Position numbers and translations under genes: made by a program. 64,000 nucleotides of DNA, taken from positions 3,203 to 67,202 of the forward strand of contig DASYZA010000328.1 in the NCBI GenBank assembly GCA_035946775.1, read 5' to 3'. The DNA is from Candidatus Sulfotelmatobacter sp. (GTDB lineage: Bacteria > Acidobacteriota > Terriglobia > Terriglobales > Acidobacteriaceae). Below the pieces are notes generated by a model. It did no database searches. It was not told the DNA's origin and saw only the letters and a list, made by a program, of their open reading frames with translations. Shown in pieces: positions 57,502 to 64,000 of the stretch; the first letter of the stretch is position 1, and every line of letters begins with the position of its first letter.

Positions 57502-60114
57502 ATGCCTGAACTTACACGACGCCTGGACCGAGCCGAGCTAGGGAAGCGCATTGAACGCGCGGAGAAACTCCTGCAAAAAGGCAAGACGGCCGAGGCCCTC
57601 GAAGAATACCTGCTGGTCCTGCGAGACGATCCGGAAAATGATGTAGTGCGGCAACTTACGGCGGATTTGTGTCTGTCGCTGAGCCGTAATGCCGAGGCGG
57701 TGAAACTGCTGGGCGAGCTGTTTGAGCGGCAGGTTTCGGCGGGTGATGCCACCCGGGCGAGTCTCACTTATAAGAAGCTCGCGCGGCATGGGAGTCCGAC
57801 GTGGCAGCAGAAGTTTCGTTTTGGGCAACTGCTGGAAGGATCGAACAAGAAACTCGCGGTGGGCACGTATGAAGCGGCATTGCTCGACTTGACGAAGCTG
57901 GGTAAGAAACAGGAATCGGCCGAAGTGCTGGACCGGATTGTGGCGATCGAGCCGACCCAGGCGAATCTGCTGCGCGTGGCAGAGCTGGCCTCGGAGTTGG
58001 GGAATCGAAAAGTCGCGGCGAGCGCGTTCCAAAAAGTTGCGGAAGCTGCGGAGGCCGAGGGCGGCGATTCGGCACAGTGGTATGAGAGGGCGTACCAGGA
58101 AGATGCCTCGGATCAGGCGATCGCACTGGCATATGCGAAGACGCTGCTGGCGAAAGGGCAGGTGGGCGCGGCGATTTTTATTCTCGAGCCGCAGATGAAT
58201 TCTGGTCCGGTAACGCCGGAGTTCCGCGAGGCCTATGCCGATGCGCTGGTGGGAGCGGGACGATTTGCGGAAGCGGAACCGCTGGTCTGGCAGCTGTTCG
58301 AGGCGAATCCGGCGCGCGTACAGCAAGTCATCGGGCTGATTGGAAGTTTCCTGGATGGCCAGCAGGATGGAGAAGCGGTAGCGCTGGCGAAGAAGCTGGA
58401 GCAGTTCCAGCGAAGGCGCGGAGAGCGGCGGCAGTTCATCGCGATCATGGAAGACATTACCGGATCGCGGAAGGCGTCGTCGGAGATGCTTGAGTTTCTC
58501 AGCGAGCTGTATAACTCGTCGAACCGCGAGAGTGATTATTGCTCGACATTGCTGAAATTGTTTGACGTGTATTGCGGCACAGGAGAGTTTGCGAAAGCGG
58601 CGGAGTGCCTGGACCGCGCGGCAGAAGTGGACCCCTATGAGCCGGGGCATTTGAAGCGGCTCGACATGATTAAGGGCAAGGTTGACGACAGCCGATACAA
58701 GGTGATCGCGGCTCGATTCAGCTCGGCCTCGAAAGCGCCGGAAGAGCCGGTTGCCATTGACCAAAAGACGCTCGGTGCGGGCACATTGCAGGATCTGATG
58801 TTGCAGGCGGAGATCCTGGTGCAGTACGGAATGCGCAGCAAAGCGGTGGAGCGGTTGCAGAGGATCCAGGAATTGTTTCCGCGGGAAGAAGAGCGGAACG
58901 AAGATTTACAGAGGCTGTACCTGTCGGCAGGGGTAACGCCGCGCTATTCGGGATCGGCTCCATTGCCCCCAGCGCAAGTGGCGGCGACCCCGGCGGCTCC
59001 TGTGCCGGCTGCAACGTCGGTTACGGCGGCGCCACCAGCGTCTGTGGGGGATTCGGCAGCCGATGTGCGGACCTTTACGAAAGTGGCGGAGATTACACGG
59101 AAGCTGTATCACCAGAACACAGCGCCTGCGGTGCTGAGTACAGCTGTGAAGGAAATTGGAATGCAGTGGGAGGCGTCACGGTGCATCGCGGTGATGGGCA
59201 AGGCCGGAATGCCGGCGACCGCAATGGACGAATTCTGCGCGGATGGACTCAAGCGGGCGAGCGTGGGCGCGGTTGGGGAAATGATGAATGCGTTGCATAG
59301 CGCCATTGAAGGGCACGATCCGATGGTGATTCAGGATCCAGCAAAGTCTCAGGAACTTCAGAGTGCGAAGAAGGGGTTGGCGGAAATTGGTGGATCCAGC
59401 GTGCTGGCGATTCCGTTGACGGATGGGGAAGATCGAGCCGGAATTCTCGTGATTGTACATAACCGCCCGCGCGTGTGGCAGCAGTCGGACATGGTTGTGC
59501 TGAAGACGCTGGCCGATCAAATGGTGATTGCGCTGAACAACGCCGGGCTGCGGCGACTGGTGAAGAACCTGTCGGTCACGGACGAGAAGTCGGGGCTGCT
59601 GAAGCGGGCGTCATATCTGGACCTGCTTCAGGCGGAGAGCAAGAGGGCGGTGCAAAATTCGACAGCGTTGACAGTCGTCCTGCTGCAGTTTGGCAAGAGC
59701 GCCGCGATGATCAAAGAACATGGCGAGGCTGACGTGCAGGCAGCGATGGAAAAGGCCGGGCAGATGTTCGCGGCGAATATCCGATCGAACGACTTGGCAT
59801 TCCGGTACGACATGATGACGATCGCGATTCTGTTGGGAGAGACCGCAGAAAAAGAGGCGATGCTTGCGATCGAGAAGCTGCGGAAGATTATTGGTGAACT
59901 ACGCTGGCCCGCGAAGGACGGGGCGCAGACGCAACCGGTGCTGTTCTCTGCGGGCGTGGCCGAAGCGGTGGTGCGGACGGAGTTTGATCCGGTGGATGTG
60001 GTCACCGAGGTCATCAATCGCGTGGAGCACGCGCTTTCGCAAGCCATGGCGCAGGGATTAGGGAAAGTGGTCGCGTTAGGGCCGGCGGCGCTGGCGGCGG
60101 GAGCCGTGGCATAA
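57502..60114 (+). CDS. TPR - GAF - degenerate GGDEF domain protein
   Basis: ATG 57502. The N-terminal ~450 aa are TPR-like, followed by a Pro/Ala linker. The GAF-like block is (..LSTAVKEIGMQWEASRCIAV...AGILVIVHNRPRVWQQSDMVVLKTLADQMVIAL). The C-terminal GGDEF fold has RYDMMT where GGDEF should be and DEKSGLLKRASY where D-x-LTGL-x-NRR should be. Confidence 0.75.
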   Translation: MPELTRRLDRAELGKRIERAEKLLQKGKTAEALEEYLLVLRDDPENDVVRQLTADLCLSLSRNAEAVKLLGELFERQVSAGDATRASLTYKKLARHGSPTWQQKFRFGQLLEGSNKKLAVGTYEAALLDLTKLGKKQESAEVLDRIVAIEPTQANLLRVAELASELGNRKVAASAFQKVAEAAEAEGGDSAQWYERAYQEDASDQAIALAYAKTLLAKGQVGAAIFILEPQMNSGPVTPEFREAYADALVGAGRFAEAEPLVWQLFEANPARVQQVIGLIGSFLDGQQDGEAVALAKKLEQFQRRRGERRQFIAIMEDITGSRKASSEMLEFLSELYNSSNRESDYCSTLLKLFDVYCGTGEFAKAAECLDRAAEVDPYEPGHLKRLDMIKGKVDDSRYKVIAARFSSASKAPEEPVAIDQKTLGAGTLQDLMLQAEILVQYGMRSKAVERLQRIQELFPREEERNEDLQRLYLSAGVTPRYSGSAPLPPAQVAATPAAPVPAATSVTAAPPASVGDSAADVRTFTKVAEITRKLYHQNTAPAVLSTAVKEIGMQWEASRCIAVMGKAGMPATAMDEFCADGLKRASVGAVGEMMNALHSAIEGHDPMVIQDPAKSQELQSAKKGLAEIGGSSVLAIPLTDGEDRAGILVIVHNRPRVWQQSDMVVLKTLADQMVIALNNAGLRRLVKNLSVTDEKSGLLKRASYLDLLQAESKRAVQNSTALTVVLLQFGKSAAMIKEHGEADVQAAMEKAGQMFAANIRSNDLAFRYDMMTIAILLGETAEKEAMLAIEKLRKIIGELRWPAKDGAQTQPVLFSAGVAEAVVRTEFDPVDVVTEVINRVEHALSQAMAQGLGKVVALGPAALAAGAVA

Positions 60115-60115
60115 C

Positions 60116-60220
60116 ATTTAGCGATTGGGCGATCGGGCCCATCGAGTCATTGGGGGATTGAGCCATTGAGTCATCGGGTGATTGGGTAATTTAGTAATTG
60201 GGTAATTTGGCAATTGAGCT
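60116..60220. repeat. GATTGGG / CATTGAG / ATCGGG word-repeat block (left arm)
   Basis: atttagcgattgggcgatcgggcccatcgagtcattgggggattgagccattgagtcatcgggtgattgggtaatttagtaattgggtaatttggcaattgagct. Confidence 0.6.
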
Positions 60221-60347
60221 CCACCTTGCTGGATCAGCCGGTAAATAGTCCTCGAATTTGTGCCGTTCTGGACTGCTGCCTAAATTCACCCCTCCTTTAT
60301 CGTCGCTGGCCTGCGAATCATTTCAGTCCGGCCAGCACTACATCTCA

Positions 60348-60392
60348 CAATTCCCCAATCACTCAATGGATCAATCGCCCAATAGCTCAACC
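60348..60392. repeat. inverted copy of the GATTGGG / CATTGAG word block (right arm)
   Basis: caattccccaatcactcaatggatcaatcgcccaatagctcaacc. Its reverse complement ggttgagctattgggcgattgatccattgagtgattggggaattg uses the same words as the left arm and as 49937-49977. Confidence 0.6.
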
Positions 60393-60487
60393 GGCTTCTG
60401 GGCAAAATTCTTTTTTCGCTGCTAGACTGAATGGTTTGGCGAATTCGCTCTGACCGGGTCCGGTTGGGGCTCTGCGGGTAATCCATC

Positions 60488-61687
60488 ATGTTGAAAGCCG
60501 GAGAGATTGCGATTGTCAGTGGGGCGCGTACGCCCTTTGGGCGGTATTGCGGGAAGTTGAAAGATTTTACCGCGCAAGAGTTGGGCGCGATTGCTGGGAA
60601 AGGCGCGATTGAGCGGTCGGGGATCGATCCGAAAGAGTTCGATCACGTCGTGTTCGGAAACGCGCAGCAGACTTCCGGAGACGCGCTGTATGGAGCGCGG
60701 CACGTGGGACTGCGGGCGGGGATTCCGATCGAGACTCCAGGGCTGACGGTGAACCGGTTGTGCGGGTCGGGGATGCAGTCAATTGTGTCGGCAGCGCAGA
60801 TGATCCAGACCGACGAGGCGAAGATTGTGCTCGCCGGCGGGATGGAGGCGATGTCGCAGGCGCCCTTTGTGATTCGCGGGCGCGATGGATTTACGCTGGC
60901 TCCGGGCGGCAAGCTGGAAGATTCGCTGATGGTGGCGCTGCTCGATTCCTATTGCGGATCCTATATGGCAAACACCGCGGAGCTTTATGGATCGCAACAG
61001 GGGATCACGCGCGAGATGCAAGATGAGTTCGCGCTGCGGTCGCAGAAATGCGCGGAGGATGCGTACAAAGCTGGGCGTCTGCAGGAAGAACTCGTGCCCG
61101 TGTCGCTGCGCAACCACAAAGGCGAAGCCACCGGGGAGATGCTGACGGAGGATGATCACCGGCGCCCGCAGACGACAATGGAAGGGCTGGCCAAGCTGAA
61201 GCCGGCGTTTGGAAAAAACGGAACTGTGACGGCTGGAAATGCCAGCGGCATCGTCGATGGCGGTGCGGCTGTTGTGGTGATGTCGCTCGACGAAGTTTGC
61301 AAACGCAACATGGAGCCCCTGGGACGCATCGTGAGTTGGGGTGTCGCGGGCGTGGATCCCAAGCTGATGGGAAGAGGTCCAGTGCCGGCAACGAAAATTG
61401 CCCTGCAGAAGGCAGGGCTTTCGCTGGATTACATTGATCTGATTGAAGTGAATGAGGCGTTTGCGGCGCAGTACCTGGCGGTCGAGAAAGAGTTGGGGCT
61501 GGATCGCGAGAAGGTAAATGTGAATGGCGGGGCGATTGCACTGGGACATCCGCTGGGCGCAACCGGGACGCGGCTGGTGATTACGCTCCTATATGAGTTG
61601 CGGCGGCGGAAGAAGAAGTACGGATTGGCTACGGCGTGTATCGGCGGCGGGCAGGGAATTGCGATGGTGGTGGAGAGTATGAGTTAA
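60488..61687 (+). CDS. acetyl-CoA C-acetyltransferase (thiolase II)
   Basis: Motifs [11 protein letters not shown] (active-site Cys), [15 protein letters not shown] and CIGGGQG. Confidence 0.92.
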   Translation: MLKAGEIAIVSGARTPFGRYCGKLKDFTAQELGAIAGKGAIERSGIDPKEFDHVVFGNAQQTSGDALYGARHVGLRAGIPIETPGLTVNRLCGSGMQSIVSAAQMIQTDEAKIVLAGGMEAMSQAPFVIRGRDGFTLAPGGKLEDSLMVALLDSYCGSYMANTAELYGSQQGITREMQDEFALRSQKCAEDAYKAGRLQEELVPVSLRNHKGEATGEMLTEDDHRRPQTTMEGLAKLKPAFGKNGTVTAGNASGIVDGGAAVVVMSLDEVCKRNMEPLGRIVSWGVAGVDPKLMGRGPVPATKIALQKAGLSLDYIDLIEVNEAFAAQYLAVEKELGLDREKVNVNGGAIALGHPLGATGTRLVITLLYELRRRKKKYGLATACIGGGQGIAMVVESMS

Positions 61688-61696
61688 CTGCTTTTG

Positions 61697-61765
61697 CCAC
61701 GGATTTACACGGATCTACGCGGATTCAAACACTCACCACAGGGAACACAGGGTTTCACAGGGAAC
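61697..61765 (+). repeat. two-module phased word repeat (3x C[AG]CGGAT at 10-nt spacing + CACCAC + 3x CACAGGG at 9-10 nt)
   Basis: ccacggatttacacggatctacgcggattcaaacactcaccacagggaacacagggtttcacagggaac. The word starts are 61698/61708/61718 and 61737/61746/61756. It begins 10 nt after the thiolase stop. Confidence 0.7.
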
Positions 61766-61828
61766 GACAAAATCGCCGGCGAGACACCGGCGCGACAGCC
61801 GCCAAGTTGGCGGCGCTACGAGGGAACG

Positions 61829-62722
61829 ATGGAAATTAAGAAAGTTGGGGTTCTGGGTTGTGGATTGATGGGATCTGGCATCGCACAGGTTGCGGCGATG
61901 GCTGGGTTCGACGTTACGGTGCTCGAAGTGGAGCAGAAGTATCTCGACAAGGGATTTGCCGGGATTGAAAAGTCTCTGAATAAGTTCGCCGAGCGACCGG
62001 TCGAGAAGGGCGGGATCACGATCGAGCAGAAGAATGACATCCGCGAGCGGCTCAAGGGAACGACTTCCAAGGCGGATCTGGCTGATTGCGACATCATCAT
62101 CGAAGCCATCATCGAGAATGTCGAAGAGAAGAAGAAGATGTACGGGTCGCTCGAAGGGATCGTCAAGACGAGCGCGATCTTTGCGACCAATACGTCTTCG
62201 ATCTCGGTGACCGAGCTTCTGACGGCGACGAAGCGTCCAGAGCGGTTCATCGGGCTACACTTCTTTAATCCTGTGCCGCTGATGAAGCTGGTCGAAGTTG
62301 TGCGCACGATCGCAACGGCCGATGATGTGTACGAGTCGGCTTATGCGTTTGCGAAGAAGCTGGGCAAGGTTCCGGTGCGGACGTCGGACAAGACGGGATT
62401 CATCGTCAACCGGCTGCTGGTGCCGTATCTGCTGGACGCGATCCGCGCCTATGAAGAAGGCGTCGGGTCGATCGAGGATATCGATAATGCCATGAAACTG
62501 GGCTGCGGATATCCGATGGGGCCGTTCACTTTGTTGGATTTTGTCGGGCTCGATACGACTTACTACATCACGCACGTGATGTATGACGAGTTCAAGGAGC
62601 GGCGGTTTGCGTCGCCTCCGCTGCTGAAGCGGCTGGTGATGGCTGGATGGTATGGGCGGAAGTCAGGGCGCGGGTTCTATGATTATTCGGACCCGGAGAA
62701 GCCGAAGGCGCAGAAACTTTAG
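61829..62722 (+). CDS. 3-hydroxybutyryl-CoA / 3-hydroxyacyl-CoA dehydrogenase
   Basis: ATG 61829 (MEIKKVGVLGCGLMGSGIAQ Rossmann motif). HFFNPVPLMKLVEV is present, with a C-terminal 3HCDH domain. Confidence 0.9.
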   Translation: MEIKKVGVLGCGLMGSGIAQVAAMAGFDVTVLEVEQKYLDKGFAGIEKSLNKFAERPVEKGGITIEQKNDIRERLKGTTSKADLADCDIIIEAIIENVEEKKKMYGSLEGIVKTSAIFATNTSSISVTELLTATKRPERFIGLHFFNPVPLMKLVEVVRTIATADDVYESAYAFAKKLGKVPVRTSDKTGFIVNRLLVPYLLDAIRAYEEGVGSIEDIDNAMKLGCGYPMGPFTLLDFVGLDTTYYITHVMYDEFKERRFASPPLLKRLVMAGWYGRKSGRGFYDYSDPEKPKAQKL

Positions 62723-62870
62723 CCACGGATTGCCACGGATCCACACGGATTTTTGAGAACAATCCACCACGGAGACACTGAGTCACGGAGGAATCGTTTC
62801 TCAGCGTTTCTCCGTGGCTCCGTGCCTCCGTGGTAGATTTCAATCCGCGTTGATCCGCGTGAATCCGCGG
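62723..62870. repeat. 148-nt palindromic composite: forward two-module unit + inverted unit
   Basis: 3x CACGGAT at 62724/62734/62744. The centre is ccaccacggagacactgagtcacggagg ... tctccgtggctccgtgcctccgtgg. 3x ATCCGCG at 62843/62853/62863. The right end atccgcgtgaatccgcgg is an exact 18-nt reverse-complement match to 63677-63694. Confidence 0.75.
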
Positions 62871-62884
62871 TAGATTGGAAGTTT

Positions 62885-63667
62885 ATGAACTTTGAAAACA
62901 TTACTCTCGAAAAAAAGAACGCGATTGCATATGTCACCGTGAACCGTCCGAAGGTGCTCAATGCTCTCAACATGGCCACGATGGAAGAGCTTCGCGCGGC
63001 GTTTCATGACATCAAAAGCGACGCGGCAATTCGCGTGGTCATCTTTACCGGGTCTGGCGAAAAGGCGTTTATCGCTGGGGCAGATATCGGCGAATTGTCG
63101 AAGCACGACGCTGTGTCCGGGAAGGAATACACGCATCGCGGGCAGAATGTGCTGAACCTCATCGAAAATCTTGGGAAGCCCGTCATTGCTTGCATCAACG
63201 GATTTGCCCTCGGCGGCGGATGCGAGATCGCCATGGCCTGCACCATGCGGCTGGCGAGCGAGAACGCGAAGCTTGGGCAGCCGGAGGTGAAGCTTGGGAT
63301 CATCCCGGGCTACGGCGGGACGCAGCGCCTGCCGCGGCTGGTGGGCAAAGGGATCGCGATGCAAATGGTGCTGGCGGGAGAGATGATTACGGCACAGGAA
63401 GCGCATCGCATCGGGCTGGTAAATGAGGTGCTGCCTGCTGCTGAGTTGATTCCGCGCGCCGAGGCGATCGCGGCGAAGATTGTTGCGAATGCTCCGCTGG
63501 CCGTGCAGTATGCGATGGAAGCCGTCAATAAAGGTATGGAGATGACTTTGGCCGAGGGCCTTTATCTCGAGGCCGTGTTGTTTGGGGTGGCCTGCGCGAC
63601 GGAAGATAAGACCGAAGGCACGAAGGCGTTTTTGGAGAAACGGACACCGCAGTTCAAAGGGAAGTAA
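62885..63667 (+). CDS. enoyl-CoA hydratase (crotonase family)
   Basis: AFIAGADI and ACINGFALGGGCEIAMAC (oxyanion and catalytic Glu context). Typical 260-aa length. Confidence 0.9.
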   Translation: MNFENITLEKKNAIAYVTVNRPKVLNALNMATMEELRAAFHDIKSDAAIRVVIFTGSGEKAFIAGADIGELSKHDAVSGKEYTHRGQNVLNLIENLGKPVIACINGFALGGGCEIAMACTMRLASENAKLGQPEVKLGIIPGYGGTQRLPRLVGKGIAMQMVLAGEMITAQEAHRIGLVNEVLPAAELIPRAEAIAAKIVANAPLAVQYAMEAVNKGMEMTLAEGLYLEAVLFGVACATEDKTEGTKAFLEKRTPQFKGK

Positions 63668-63675
63668 CTTCTTTT

Positions 63676-63755
63676 CCGCGGATTCACGCGGATTTCGCGG
63701 ATTAGAAGTCTTGAAATCTCTCACCACCAAGGACACGAAGGACCACAAAGGAGAC
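63676..63755 (+). repeat. two-module phased word repeat (3x CGCGGAT + CACCAC + 3x CAC-N-AAGGA)
   Basis: ccgcggattcacgcggatttcgcggatta...tcaccaccaaggacacgaaggaccacaaaggagac. The word starts are 63677/63687/63696 and 63725/63734/63744. It begins 9 nt after the crotonase stop. Confidence 0.7.
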
Positions 63756-63798
63756 ACATCTGAAGACTGAACGGGTACCGGACGGGGCTGTTTCCGGC

Positions 63799-64000
63799 AT
63801 GTCCGGGAAGCTGGATGCCGCCGGGAAACGATTCGCGATTGTGGTCTCTCGCTTCAATTCGTTTATTACTGAGCGGCTGCTGCTGAGTGCATGCGATGGG
63901 CTGATCCGAACCGGTGCTCGCAAGCAGGACATCGATATTGTTCGCGTGCCGGGGGCATTTGAGATTCCTTCTGCAGCGCGGACTTTGGCTTCGACTGGGA
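63799..64000 (+). CDS. ribH: 6,7-dimethyl-8-ribityllumazine synthase (5' part, runs off the window)
   Basis: The translation is [75 protein letters not shown] and VPGAFEIP are RibH hallmarks. The start at ATG 63799 is tentative; an in-frame CTG at 63760 follows an AGGAG. Confidence 0.8.
   Translation, partial: MSGKLDAAGKRFAIVVSRFNSFITERLLLSACDGLIRTGARKQDIDIVRVPGAFEIPSAARTLASTG

Noticed and set aside
57538-58764. Many long ORFs antisense to, or out of frame with, confidently called genes. Examples: 57538-58764(-), 25681-26745(-), 40802-41854(-), 41888-42772(-), 45843-46796(-), 60779-61549(-), 62840-63757(-), 50430-51413(+), 14053-15000(+), 6487-7428(+), 7675-8493(+), 43532-44389(+), 11691-14183 fragments.
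   Set aside because: These are typical high-GC shadow ORFs. They have Arg/Pro/Gly/His-rich translations and no motifs, and each fully overlaps a gene with strong family signatures.
62723-62870. Regularly spaced short repeats that might be taken for a CRISPR array.
   Set aside because: The period is 9-10 nt with 7-8-nt words and no unique spacers. The repeats are arranged as a palindrome, and there are no cas genes in the window. This is not CRISPR.

Overview
This is a 64-kb chromosomal window of roughly 57-59% GC (estimated by eye). No database search was possible, so every product call rests on motifs read from the ORF translations. The gene content points to Acidobacteriota/Terriglobia, which is an inference. 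The pointers are two ~1100-aa CarboxypepD_reg-type TonB-dependent receptors, a decayed ADOP-type FtsX permease, and many secreted Ig-like-repeat proteins. I call about 45 protein genes. I found no rRNA, tRNA, CRISPR array, integrase, transposase or phage gene. Layout: (i) 0-19.5 kb is mostly housekeeping: acyl-CoA dehydrogenase, ROK glucokinase, hisC, pseudouridine synthase, scpB-scpA, trpS, an APC permease + D-aminoacylase pair, AsmA, lepB-lepB-rnc and TPR proteins. (ii) 19.5-43 kb is the most accessory-looking part. It holds secreted Ig-like/FN3 proteins, a TonB-dependent receptor, a phospholipase-C-family phosphoesterase, an ECF sigma/anti-sigma pair and an ADOP permease pseudogene. It also holds a 1067-aa membrane protein with a split serine-hydrolase signature, an orphan response regulator, a TetR regulator with duplicated operators, several unknown small membrane proteins and a 1082-aa beta-helix/Ig-repeat protein. 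(iii) 43-64 kb holds DUF1697, a DUF4015-type glycoside hydrolase, a single-ring Clp/Hsp100-like AAA+ ATPase, a HAD hydrolase, a 7-heme cytochrome c-TPR fusion, an amidohydrolase + second TonB-dependent receptor + APC permease, a TPR-GAF-degenerate-GGDEF protein, a thiolase/3-hydroxyacyl-CoA dehydrogenase/enoyl-CoA hydratase string, and the start of ribH. I do not see a recognisable defence, toxin or mobile system. The most novel-looking items are: (a) the split alpha/beta-hydrolase membrane protein at 31970-35173; (b) families of short word repeats with 9-10-nt phasing that sit directly after stop codons, keep their orientation relative to the transcript, and sometimes pair into long palindromes; (c) a TetR-controlled unknown gene with duplicated operator/promoter copies. 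All functional interpretations of these three are inference.
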